NCBI GenBank assembly: GCA_964539185.1
Contig: CAZIFR010000001.1
Span: 1-50,661, forward strand
Source of the DNA: an uncultured Muribaculaceae bacterium
Lineage (GTDB): Bacteria; Bacillota_I; Bacilli_A; RF39; UBA660
Direction: 5' to 3'
Length of the DNA: 50,661 nt
Part shown: in pieces, positions 36,442-45,796 of the stretch
Layout: each line of letters begins with the position of its first letter
How positions within the stretch are numbered: the stretch's first letter is position 1
Program-made: the position numbers and the translations under genes
Notes under the pieces: generated by a model
What the model was told of the DNA's origin: nothing
Seen by the model: only the letters and a program-made list of their open reading frames with translations
The model's database searches: none

Positions 36442-39405
36442 TTATTCAGTTAGCTTTAATGAATCAATCATATCTATTTTCTTTAGGGTTCGATTAATAA
36501 TCAATTGAATGAAAATAGAAAAGATAATCGTTATCAGAAAAGATAACGCAAAGCTCGAGTAATTTATTTTTCGTAAAAACAAGATATTATTAGTCTCAGC
36601 AGTACTAATTATAAATTGATGTAAATATACTCCTAAAAACAACCCCAATAAAGCTCCTATAATTGTTAATATCAACGTTTCTCTATATACTAATGAGGAT
36701 ATTTCTTTTTCGTAAAAACCTAAAACTTTAAAGGTTGCTATTTCCCTTTTTCTTTCACTAACATTGATAATTGTTAAATTATATAAAACAATAAAAGCTA
36801 GAAAACAAGCAAAAATAACAATCATAATAATTATTTTATTAAGGCCACTGACAAAATTATCAAACGTTTTAAGGATATCTTCAGTATAATTAACCATTAA
36901 GACATTGTACTTTGTAAGTTTTATATTTTCATTTAATCTGCCATTAGCAATAACACTATTATATGTTATATTACCAAAAATTTCCTGATAATAATGCTGG
37001 CTCATATAAATATAATGAGATACATAATTATATGTTATATCCGATATATTAACAAAAAACAATTCATTATTACTGTTTCTAATACTAATAATATCTCCAA
37101 CATTAGCCTTTAAATGATCTGCCATTTGTTTGGTAATAATTACCCCATTATCATTAATACTTATCTTTTTATCATTAATGACACTGGTTAAAGTAACATA
37201 ATTATTGAAAACAAGGGAATCAGAAGGAACAACCACATACACATCTTCCGTTTTATTATCAAAGGAAAAAGTGAATGCCATTTGATTTATAAGCATCGGA
37301 TTAACGACTCCATTTTCAGTATAAATTTGCTCCAAATCATTTGGAATTCGAGTTACATTTTCTTTCAAAATATACATAGCATCATATTTAATAATATCAT
37401 TATATTGTAATTTAGAAATAGTGTTAATACTGTCATTTAATCCTAACCCTGTAACTAATAATGCTGTACATCCAGCAATTCCTGTGACTGTCATAATAAC
37501 TCTTTTTTTATATCTAAACAAATTCCTAATCGTTGTTTTCCATGTAAAGTTTAATTTTTCCCATAAAACAGTAACTCTTTCGAGGATAACTCTTTTACCC
37601 GTTTTAGGTGGTTTTGGTCGTAGCAAAAAAGCTGGTGTTTCTTTTAATTCTTTATGACATGCCACAATAGTGACCCCTATCATAATAATCAAAGTAACTA
37701 TTATCACTAACGAAAAAGGTAGTGGACTTACAATTGTTATTAATTTTGGGGCATAATATCTAGCTAGAAAAACACTATATATAATTTTAGGAATTAAACT
37801 ATACCCAATCGTTAAACCAATACTAATTCCCAAAAGACCTGATGTACAGACATAAAATAAATAACTAAAAATTATCGAAGATTTACTAAACCCATTTGAT
37901 TGCAATATTCCTATTTCCGTTCTTTCTTCTTCAATCAATCTTGTTAAAGTATTTAATATCATCAGTACAACAACAATTATAAAGAAAATTGGTAATATTT
38001 TTGAAATTGATTCAACTTTTATAATATCTTCCTTATAACTTATATAACCACTATTATCAGTTCGATCTAATAAATACCAAATAGGTTTTTCAACTTTTTC
38101 TAAATCTTCTTTAGCTTTTTTAATTTCTTGATTTGCGTTAGTTTTTTCTTGTTCTAATTTATTTAATCCTTCTTCGTAATCATTGTATCCTTTTTGTAAT
38201 TTTTCTTCTTGTTTTAAAATTTTTCTTTTGAAATTTTCATAATTTTCTTCTAATATAATTAGATTATTGTTAATATTAATAAGATTATTATTAATTGTAT
38301 TTAAATTGCTGTAGTTGGCTTCTAACTCATTAATCGTTAAATTCAAATGATTATATTCGTCACTATCGTTTATCATTTTAGACAGTTGGTCTTTTAAATT
38401 ATTTATCTCGCTTAATAAATTAGAAAGATATGCATCTAACTGTAATTCTTTAATATCAAGAGTATTAAGTTGTACTAAAAGAAGTTCTTTTTTATCAGTC
38501 AATTCTTTTTTGTTTTTATCAAATAATTGATAATTATTGGTTTTATTTAATTCAAGTTCTAATTTAGCATTGTCTAAATCTAATTTTACCTGTTTTAATT
38601 CACTGATAGCATCGTTTGTTTTTTTATCTAACTGTTTTTTTATTTCAGTTATTTTTTCACTAGCCTCTTTTAATATTTCCTCATAACGAACAGTTTCCCT
38701 TATGGGTTTTAATTGTTCCAATTCATTTTTTAAAAATGCAATTTGCTTATCGTAATCTTCATAATAAGAATTTTTACTTTGAGAATCATTAGCAGTTAAA
38801 TATATTTCTGTATAGTATTCAAAAAGAAAATTTTCTTTATTAATGAAAACAAATGAAATTAATTTCCCATTACCAACTGTTGAAATACCTTTTTCATCTC
38901 TAACATATAAAGTTGATTTAATTAGTCCAACAACATTACATTCATTAATTGAAAGAAAATCATTTAAATTATCACCTTCAAAAGTAATGGTCTCACCAAT
39001 CTTATAATTATAATAATCAGCAACACATTCATTATTATTATCAGGCATTCTCCCATTTGCTAATATAACATTATTAATATCGTTTTCTAAAGCGTGAATC
39101 CTTATTGATTCACCACTGCTAATGACATCGATTGAATACGAAGGGACAACCTTAATTGTATGTTCTAGTTCAATTAAGGATTGAACATCATCTGTTGTTA
39201 ATCCATATGTACTTGTTATTTTAAAATCCATTAAATTACTAATGTCATAATAATTATCTGCTGTATAAAGCATGCCTGCTGTTGCTTCACGTAAACCGAT
39301 AAAGACACTTATTCCCAGAGCAATGATAAGCATAATTGAAAGAAAGCGACCAAAAGAGTTTTTGATTTTTTTGAAAGTGTTTTTTAGTAATAATTTCATT
39401 ACCAA
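36442..39405 (-). CDS. ABC transporter permease with two FtsX/MacB-type modules and a long extracytoplasmic coiled coil
   Basis: N-terminal TM segment. First extracytoplasmic domain contains a heptad-rich region of about 225 residues (residues ~216-440). FtsX module 1 (EIGILQSNGFSK plus 3 TM). Second extracytoplasmic domain. FtsX module 2 (IATFKVLGFYEKE plus 3 TM). TTG start 39405 with AAGGAG 5 nt upstream; ATG 39399 is an alternative. Confidence 0.8.
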   Translation of the reverse strand: MVMKLLLKNTFKKIKNSFGRFLSIMLIIALGISVFIGLREATAGMLYTADNYYDISNLMDFKITSTYGLTTDDVQSLIELEHTIKVVPSYSIDVISSGESIRIHALENDINNVILANGRMPDNNNECVADYYNYKIGETITFEGDNLNDFLSINECNVVGLIKSTLYVRDEKGISTVGNGKLISFVFINKENFLFEYYTEIYLTANDSQSKNSYYEDYDKQIAFLKNELEQLKPIRETVRYEEILKEASEKITEIKKQLDKKTNDAISELKQVKLDLDNAKLELELNKTNNYQLFDKNKKELTDKKELLLVQLNTLDIKELQLDAYLSNLLSEINNLKDQLSKMINDSDEYNHLNLTINELEANYSNLNTINNNLININNNLIILEENYENFKRKILKQEEKLQKGYNDYEEGLNKLEQEKTNANQEIKKAKEDLEKVEKPIWYLLDRTDNSGYISYKEDIIKVESISKILPIFFIIVVVLMILNTLTRLIEEERTEIGILQSNGFSKSSIIFSYLFYVCTSGLLGISIGLTIGYSLIPKIIYSVFLARYYAPKLITIVSPLPFSLVIIVTLIIMIGVTIVACHKELKETPAFLLRPKPPKTGKRVILERVTVLWEKLNFTWKTTIRNLFRYKKRVIMTVTGIAGCTALLVTGLGLNDSINTISKLQYNDIIKYDAMYILKENVTRIPNDLEQIYTENGVVNPMLINQMAFTFSFDNKTEDVYVVVPSDSLVFNNYVTLTSVINDKKISINDNGVIITKQMADHLKANVGDIISIRNSNNELFFVNISDITYNYVSHYIYMSQHYYQEIFGNITYNSVIANGRLNENIKLTKYNVLMVNYTEDILKTFDNFVSGLNKIIIMIVIFACFLAFIVLYNLTIINVSERKREIATFKVLGFYEKEISSLVYRETLILTIIGALLGLFLGVYLHQFIISTAETNNILFLRKINYSSFALSFLITIIFSIFIQLIINRTLKKIDMIDSLKLTE

Positions 39406-40097
39406 TTAATCTCCTTTATGTTTAAGGGATTTTCATTAATAATAACCTCTTCAACTGTTCCATTTTTCATTTTAATAACTCTATCAGCAATACCAGCAAT
39501 AACTGAATTATGCGTAATGATAATAACCGTCATACCATAATTTTTACAAGTTTTTTGTAATACTTCTAAAATCTTTTGACCAGTTTTTGAATCTAAGGCC
39601 CCTGTTGGCTCATCACATAAAAGTAACTTCGGCTTTTTAGCTAATGCTCGTCCAATAGCTACTCTTTGTTGTTCACCACCAGATAATTGTGAGGGGAAAT
39701 TATCCATCCTATCTTTCAAACCAACACTAGTAAGAACTTCCTTGGCCGGAAGCGTATCCTTACAAATTTGGTTGGTAAGTTCAATATTTTCTAACGAAGT
39801 TAAATTTTGAACTAAATTATAAAATTGAAAAACAAATCCGATGTCATTTCTTCTATATTTAGTAAGTTCATATGTGTTATATTTTGATATATCGTTACCA
39901 TCAACGATAACTGATCCTGAATCACATTTATCCATTCCCCCTAAAATATTTAACACAGTTGTTTTCCCAGCTCCAGAAGGTCCAAGGACAACTGTTAATT
40001 CACCTTTTTCGATTTCAAAAGACACATTACTAGCAGCTGTAATCGTAATGTCACCCATTTTATAATTTTTAGTAACTTTATTAAGTTTAATATACAT
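39399..40097 (-). CDS. ABC transporter ATP-binding protein (MacB/LolD/FtsE-like)
   Basis: Walker [10 protein letters not shown], signature [14 protein letters not shown], Walker [21 protein letters not shown]. Confidence 0.88.
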   Translation of the reverse strand: MYIKLNKVTKNYKMGDITITAASNVSFEIEKGELTVVLGPSGAGKTTVLNILGGMDKCDSGSVIVDGNDISKYNTYELTKYRRNDIGFVFQFYNLVQNLTSLENIELTNQICKDTLPAKEVLTSVGLKDRMDNFPSQLSGGEQQRVAIGRALAKKPKLLLCDEPTGALDSKTGQKILEVLQKTCKNYGMTVIIITHNSVIAGIADRVIKMKNGTVEEVIINENPLNIKEINW

Positions 40098-40136
40098 AGG
40101 CTCTCCTTTCTTTTAATTGCTTTATCTTCTGTCTTA

Positions 40137-40145
40137 ATTATATCA
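40137..40145 (-). promoter_or_regulatory. Extended -10 promoter (TGnTATAAT) for the ATPase/permease pair
   Basis: The minus strand reads TGATATAAT (40145-40137), about 40 nt upstream of the ATG at 40097 and immediately after the terminator hairpin. Confidence 0.5.
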
Positions 40146-40146
40146 C

Positions 40147-40179
40147 ATAAAAAAGATACTATATATGAATTTAGTATCT
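40147..40179 (-). terminator. Rho-independent terminator after the 828-aa permease gene
   Basis: Minus strand: AGATACTA (40179-40172), 10-nt loop, TAGTATCT (40161-40154), then TTTTTAT. Confidence 0.6.
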
Positions 40180-40203
40180 AAAATATTATGATTTTTGCTT
40201 TAA

Positions 40204-42690
40204 CTAAATATTTTCATTTTTAATCGAATCAACAATATTTTTGTTTTTAATTTTTTTAACACTATATCTCATTGTTATATATATTATTAATAATATAACT
40301 ATAAAACAAATAATAAAATATTTTGTAGGAAATAGCATTGTTATCTTTTTGTTTCCAATATAATCAATGATAAATATGATTAAAATGATATGCAAAGATA
40401 TTGGTATTCCGTATAATAATGTTTTAAGTCCTAAAAACAAACTTTCTAATTTAAGCATTTTATTTAAACCTTCCTGAGTTAAACCAATGCTTCTTAACAT
40501 AGAAAATTCTCTTTCTCTTAAACTAATGCTCGTATTTATTGTATTAAAAACACTAGTTACCGCTATTACAGTAATAAAGATAACAATGGAGTATAGGACA
40601 AATCTTAAAGCCACGATTGCCATATAGTCGTTATAGCCTTCTAATTTATAATTTAAATAATATATATTAGCGGTAGGGTATTTATCGATTATTTTTTGTA
40701 TTTCTTCATCAAATTGTTTAAAATTTTTAGCATTAATTCCTAAATAAACATCGTTATATGAAAGGTATTCGTTATTATCATATTTAATATGATGTTTTTT
40801 AAGTTCATCATATTTATTTTTATCCATAATTATTGCTTGTCCTCGGCCTTTACTATTTTTCAAAAAGTGAGTATTTGTAAAATAAAAATTATCTAAAGTT
40901 AAATAACATTCTGTTTTTTCATTTTTAAGAGTCGCCCTTGTTACATTACATATTTCTAGTTGAATGTCTTCTCGTTTAAAAACGTTAAAATAAAAATATT
41001 CTGGTTCTTTATCTGTCTCTATAATAGCATATGTAGTATGATTATATAAAATCATTTTTGAATCATCGCTTAACTTCACTTTCTTTTTATATTTATTATA
41101 GCTTTCATTATCTAAGCCATAAACAATAACAAAATCAAAAGAATGATTAGAAGCTTTATCATAAAATTCATCAGTCACATATTCCTTATCAAGTGACTTA
41201 AAATAAAGAAACATTGTTTGATATTGAACACTTTCATCAATTTCTTTAATATTTAATATCTCATCAATTATTTGGAATTGATAATCACTCTCTTTAATAT
41301 CAATACTAATATCATAATCATTATTGGCATTGTATTCACTGTGTAGTAAAAAATAATTTAAATAAGTAGAAAACGTTATAAATAACACAATACTTATACA
41401 AAGCGAAATAATAGTAATCGTATATTTATTTTTATTCCGTTTAATATTTTTATATGCAAGATCCCCTTCAATACCAAATAATCTTTGGATTAATGGGTTA
41501 TCTTTAGTGTCCTCAATATCGATATCAGTATTCATTCTAACTAATTCTATTGACGTTATTTTACTAGCTTTAAAAGCTGAAAACCGAGCTGAAAGAAAAA
41601 TGGTAATCAAAATGAAAATAAAAGATACTAACATAAACGAAGGATAGACAGTTAATGTTAAAGGCACAGTAGTTGTATATTCAAGAATTCCATTAACAGT
41701 TAAAATAGTTCCTTCAGCTAATAAAAAACTGAAAATGAAGCCAATTGGAATACTTATTAAACTTAGAATAGCTGCTTCATAAAAAACCGATCTAAATAAC
41801 TGCCCCGGAGTAGCACCTACACCTTTAAGAATTCCAAGATGTTTTTTTCGTTCTGATAATGATATAGCAAATGAATTATGAATTACGAAGATACATACTA
41901 TACTTAAAATGGTCAATACAAATGCTAAAGTCAAATAAACCGCTAACCCAACATTAGATTCCTGATATACTCCATATGCTTGCAATAAACTATAATTTAT
42001 CGGAGTATTATTATATATTTTATAATCTTTATCCATTTTATATTCAATACCTAAGGCTTCTGCTGTTTGATTAATATTATCAAAAATATTTTTAAAGGAT
42101 TTATAATTAACATAAAAGCTTACATTATTTTTCTGGTTTATGCTATTATAAATGTATATATAATCTGTATAATTAATTTGACCGTAACTATAATTGTAAT
42201 GATGGAATGTTGAACTTTTATATATTCCAACAATTTCCTTTCCATCAAGATGTCCACCAATTTCATATTTTTCATTTTGTGCCAACGAGAAAGAAATAAT
42301 AATTTCATTTTCTTTACTAGGAAATTTACCACTAGATAAAGTTATATATTCATCATAAGGAATATCAACACTAACTAACAATACCTTATAATTATTATTA
42401 TAAATATTATAGGAATAAGTATTTATAATTTCCTCAACAATTATTTTTTCAATATTATCATCTTTTTTTAATATTTCAATATCTGAGTAAGGAACATCAT
42501 TAAATATAACATGTTGCGATCCTGAATATCTAATTATTTGATCGATATTACTTTGTCTAATTGTCGATGCACCCAATCCCATGGTAAACAGAAGACAGCT
42601 GCTTAACATTATCCCAATAATGGTGACTAAAGTTCTTTTTTTATTTAGCTTTAAGTGTTTAATCGTAAGACTATTGATTATATTCATCAT
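40204..42690 (-). CDS. ABC transporter permease with two FtsX-type modules (828 aa), monocistronic
   Basis: AGGTG RBS. N-terminal TM segment, large extracytoplasmic domain, FtsX module (HLGILKGVGATPGQL plus TMs), second extracytoplasmic domain, second module (FSMLRSIGLTQEGL plus TMs). Confidence 0.8.
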   Translation of the reverse strand: MMNIINSLTIKHLKLNKKRTLVTIIGIMLSSCLLFTMGLGASTIRQSNIDQIIRYSGSQHVIFNDVPYSDIEILKKDDNIEKIIVEEIINTYSYNIYNNNYKVLLVSVDIPYDEYITLSSGKFPSKENEIIISFSLAQNEKYEIGGHLDGKEIVGIYKSSTFHHYNYSYGQINYTDYIYIYNSINQKNNVSFYVNYKSFKNIFDNINQTAEALGIEYKMDKDYKIYNNTPINYSLLQAYGVYQESNVGLAVYLTLAFVLTILSIVCIFVIHNSFAISLSERKKHLGILKGVGATPGQLFRSVFYEAAILSLISIPIGFIFSFLLAEGTILTVNGILEYTTTVPLTLTVYPSFMLVSFIFILITIFLSARFSAFKASKITSIELVRMNTDIDIEDTKDNPLIQRLFGIEGDLAYKNIKRNKNKYTITIISLCISIVLFITFSTYLNYFLLHSEYNANNDYDISIDIKESDYQFQIIDEILNIKEIDESVQYQTMFLYFKSLDKEYVTDEFYDKASNHSFDFVIVYGLDNESYNKYKKKVKLSDDSKMILYNHTTYAIIETDKEPEYFYFNVFKREDIQLEICNVTRATLKNEKTECYLTLDNFYFTNTHFLKNSKGRGQAIIMDKNKYDELKKHHIKYDNNEYLSYNDVYLGINAKNFKQFDEEIQKIIDKYPTANIYYLNYKLEGYNDYMAIVALRFVLYSIVIFITVIAVTSVFNTINTSISLREREFSMLRSIGLTQEGLNKMLKLESLFLGLKTLLYGIPISLHIILIIFIIDYIGNKKITMLFPTKYFIICFIVILLIIYITMRYSVKKIKNKNIVDSIKNENI

Positions 42691-42722
42691 AACACCTGCT
42701 TATCTCTTATTATATTAAATAC

Positions 42723-42750
42723 ATTATACTATAAATTAATTAAAAAGCAA
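42723..42750 (-). promoter_or_regulatory. Candidate SigA-type promoter for the 828-aa permease
   Basis: Minus strand: TTGCTT (42750-42745), 16 nt, TATAAT (42728-42723). Confidence 0.4.
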
Positions 42751-42770
42751 AAAAAAAGACCTTTTGATCT
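42749..42770 (-). terminator. Weak candidate terminator after the CotJC-like gene
   Basis: Minus strand: AGATC-AAAA-GGTCT (5-bp stem including one G-U pair) followed by a run of about 8-9 T. The short stem lowers confidence. Confidence 0.35.
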
Positions 42771-42782
42771 ATTAAAAAAAAA

Positions 42783-43298
42783 TTATTTTTTTTCCATGAG
42801 CTTATTATATAGTTCTTTAAATATTTTTAAATGTTCTTTTTCATCTTGAATAATTCGATCGATTATTGCTCTAATATACTTATCATCCATCATTTCTTTA
42901 TGTAATTCATATTGTTCAATTGCTAATGTTTCAGCTTGAATATCAACTTGTAACATTTTTTTTATATCGTCAGTATAATCAACATTTTCACTTGTCCAAT
43001 ATATTACATTGTCATTACTAGAATCAACAGTTGCATAAATAGGATTGAGTCCTAATTTTAAAATTAGTTTGCCAAGTATTTCTAAATGATGCATCTCAAC
43101 AATTGCTATATCTTCTAATGCTTCGGCAAATTCCTCCCATTTTTCATTTTGTAGTAAATGCTGATACATATATAAATGAACAGCCGTATCTTCACTAACT
43201 GTTCCTGCATAATCTTGTAATAACAGTTTGGCATATTCAAGATTAGGACGTTCAACTTTTATTTCTGGATAAAAATCGTTTCGATTAATTTTTGACAT
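42783..43298 (-). CDS. Ferritin-like / Mn-catalase-family (CotJC-type) spore coat-associated protein
   Basis: Four-helix-bundle di-metal motifs: SEDTAVHLY, IVEMHHLE (ExxH), AETLAIEQY, QDEKEHL (ExxH). The size (171 aa) and N-terminus (VERPNLEYAKLLLQDYAG) resemble CotJC-like proteins. Confidence 0.55.
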   Translation of the reverse strand: MSKINRNDFYPEIKVERPNLEYAKLLLQDYAGTVSEDTAVHLYMYQHLLQNEKWEEFAEALEDIAIVEMHHLEILGKLILKLGLNPIYATVDSSNDNVIYWTSENVDYTDDIKKMLQVDIQAETLAIEQYELHKEMMDDKYIRAIIDRIIQDEKEHLKIFKELYNKLMEKK

Positions 43299-43349
43299 AT
43301 CATCACCAATATAAACTATTCACTTCCCCTTTTTATTATACTTATAATG

Positions 43350-44297
43350 TTAATTTTTTATTTTTAATACTTGACCAATACTAAGGATATTGCTTTTTAA
43401 ATTATTAAGATTTTTTATCTCATCCACTGTAGTATTAAATCTATTGGCAATTGCCCATAAAGAATCTCCTCTTTGAACAACATATGTCGTTACATCTTCT
43501 GTTTTAGGAATAGTTAATTGTTGTCCAACACTAAGTAAATCACTTGTTAAATTATTATAATTTCTTATAGTTGTTACAGTAGTATTAAATTCTCTTGCAA
43601 TACTCCATAATGTATCTCCTCTTTGAACAGTATATATAATGTTATCCTCTGAAGGAATTGTCTCTTCCATACCGGATATAATTAATCGTTGTCCAACACT
43701 AAGTAAATTGCTAGTGAGATTATTTAACCTTTTAATTTCATCGACAGTCGTATCATATTGTCTAGTGATACTCCACAATGTATCCCCTTTTTGAACAATA
43801 TGGATAATATTATCTCCTGGTGGGATTATCTCTTCTATACCTGGTAAAATTAATTGTTGTCCAACACTAAGTAAATCACTTGTTAAATTATTTAACCTTT
43901 TAATTTCAGCAACAGTCGTATTATATTGTCTAGCGATACTCCATAATGTATCCCCTCTTTGAACAGTATGATAATTACCAACACATGTAGATAAAGGCGC
44001 ATATAAATAGATTAACGAACTCCAAGTATCTTTCCCTACTATTCCATCCGCAGTTAATTTATTATTCGTCTGGAAAGCTTTCACACTCAATTCTGTATCA
44101 CCATCAAAATATCCATCAATGTCATCACCAAAAAACATTAAGTGTTTTAGCTGCGTTTGTAATAATCTAACATATTCACCTTGATCGCCAAACCTTAATA
44201 CTGGTCTATCTAATACCGGTGTTGTATAATTTATTTGCCTATCTAATGACTTTAAACATTCAGGATTTCTAAATTTGTTGTCGTCATTATTATTCAT
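43350..44297 (-). CDS. Peptidoglycan-binding protein: N-terminal PG_binding_1 domain plus four LysM repeats, with no catalytic domain
   Basis: PG_binding_1-like LRFGDQGEYVRLLQTQL...DGYFDGDTELSVKAFQ...ADGIVGKDTW. Four copies of Y.VQRGDTLWSIA..(Y/F)NTTV..I...NNL.S..L.(V/I)GQ.L. Confidence 0.85.
   Translation of the reverse strand: MNNNDDNKFRNPECLKSLDRQINYTTPVLDRPVLRFGDQGEYVRLLQTQLKHLMFFGDDIDGYFDGDTELSVKAFQTNNKLTADGIVGKDTWSSLIYLYAPLSTCVGNYHTVQRGDTLWSIARQYNTTVAEIKRLNNLTSDLLSVGQQLILPGIEEIIPPGDNIIHIVQKGDTLWSITRQYDTTVDEIKRLNNLTSNLLSVGQRLIISGMEETIPSEDNIIYTVQRGDTLWSIAREFNTTVTTIRNYNNLTSDLLSVGQQLTIPKTEDVTTYVVQRGDSLWAIANRFNTTVDEIKNLNNLKSNILSIGQVLKIKN
43359..43973. repeat. Four tandem LysM-encoding repeats (about 150-170 bp period) with long stretches of DNA identity
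   Basis: For example, ccaacactaagtaaatcacttgttaaattatt recurs near 43515 and 43861, and actccataatgtatc.cctctttgaaca recurs near 43601 and 43939. Confidence 0.85.
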
Positions 44298-44391
44298 TAC
44301 ATATCACCTCTTCTACCTTTATTATATTTAGGGCTTTTAAATTGGTGACATTTTATCAATATACGAATATATTGTGATAGAGGTGTAATAT

Positions 44392-45627
44392 ATGGATAAA
44401 GGATATTTAATTGTAACTGTCTATGAAGATAATTTAGCTAAACCAATTAAGGGAGCAACAGTAATAGTTAGAGGTGACAATTATGAGCAAACGTTTACAA
44501 CTGATGAATTTGGAAAAACTCCGACTATAGAGCTAGATGCACCATTAAAAATATATTCCCTAACTCCACAAACAGAAGTTAGGCCATATTCAGTATATCA
44601 AGTAGAGGCTCGACAATCTGGTTTTGAACCAACTATCATCAATGGAGTACAAGTGTTTCCAGATGAAACTTCCCTACAAAATGTTTACTTATCTCCCGCT
44701 AGTTCTCAAATACAACTTTTTTCAGTTGTCTCTCCTGATATAATTGATTTGCCACCACATGCATTATGGGGTGGTACTAATCAAAGTACCAATAATATTG
44801 GAATAACAAATAATTCAAGAGTCTTACCCCAAGTATTAATTCCTGAATATGTAATTGTTCATAATGGTACTCCAACTAGCACTAGTGTTGCTAACTACTA
44901 CGTTCCTTTTATTGATTATATTAAAAATGTTGCTTCTAGTGAAATATATAGTACATGGCCAATAGAGGCAATAAATGCTAATATCCATGCCATTGTATCG
45001 TTTACTATGAATAGAATATATTCTGAATGGTATAAATCACAAGGACGTAATTTTACAATTACTTCCTTACCACAATATGACCAATTATACGTTCATAATA
45101 GAACGATATTCAAAACTATTTCTGATGCAGTTAATCAAATATTTAATTATCATATACAATTACCAGGTAAAAATTTCCCTTTTTTAGCGCAATATAATGA
45201 TGGCGTAAATGTTAATATTCCAGGAAGGCTTAGTCAATGGGGATCTAAATATTTAGCTGACCAAGGTTATAATGCTCTTCAAATTTTAAGATATTATTAT
45301 GTTAATGGATTAACTTTACAAAATGCTGATGAAATAGAAGGTTTGCCAACTTCTTTTCCGGGATATAATTTAGCCATAGGATCATGCTCAGAACCAGTAC
45401 AAAAAATACAAATTATGATTAATACCATAAACGGAAGTTATCCTGGTATTCCTAAAATCATTCCGGCTAATGGTCAATATCAAAATAATACTAGAGAAAG
45501 TATTGAAAAATTTCAAGACGTTTTCGGACTCCCTATAACTGGTATTGTTGATTTTGCAACATGGTATAAGATTTCTTACATATATGTTGCAGTTGTTAAA
45601 ATGCTCCAAGGAGTTGTAACTAGTTAA
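44392..45627 (+). CDS. sleC: SleC-like spore cortex-lytic enzyme (pre-pro form): N-terminal CarboxypepD_reg-like beta domain, central catalytic region, C-terminal PG_binding_1
   Basis: GAGGTG RBS. Colinear with my recollection of clostridial SleC: N-terminal GYLIVTVYED, YIKNVASSEIYSTWP, LAQYNDG, QWGSKYLADQGYNALQILRYYY, and C-terminal IQ..IN.I...YPGIP...ANGQY...T...IEKFQ..FGLP.TGIVDFATWYKISYIYVAV. Confidence 0.65.
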   Translation: MDKGYLIVTVYEDNLAKPIKGATVIVRGDNYEQTFTTDEFGKTPTIELDAPLKIYSLTPQTEVRPYSVYQVEARQSGFEPTIINGVQVFPDETSLQNVYLSPASSQIQLFSVVSPDIIDLPPHALWGGTNQSTNNIGITNNSRVLPQVLIPEYVIVHNGTPTSTSVANYYVPFIDYIKNVASSEIYSTWPIEAINANIHAIVSFTMNRIYSEWYKSQGRNFTITSLPQYDQLYVHNRTIFKTISDAVNQIFNYHIQLPGKNFPFLAQYNDGVNVNIPGRLSQWGSKYLADQGYNALQILRYYYVNGLTLQNADEIEGLPTSFPGYNLAIGSCSEPVQKIQIMINTINGSYPGIPKIIPANGQYQNNTRESIEKFQDVFGLPITGIVDFATWYKISYIYVAVVKMLQGVVTS

Positions 45628-45716
45628 AAATTATAACATGATATTTAATTAAGATATCAGAGCCAATCAACAGGGTTGAAATTTTTAATATTGTTTTGGC
45701 ATCTTAAAGTACACAG

Positions 45717-45746
45717 TTGACACTATAAGGGTTTTCGTTATATAAT
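45717..45746 (+). promoter_or_regulatory. SigA-type promoter for the HD-domain gene
   Basis: TTGACA (45717-45722), 18-nt spacer, TATAAT (45741-45746). Confidence 0.55.
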
Positions 45747-45796
45747 CTAATTATAAAAAGAAATTTTTATATAATAATAAAGAAAATAGGTGGATT

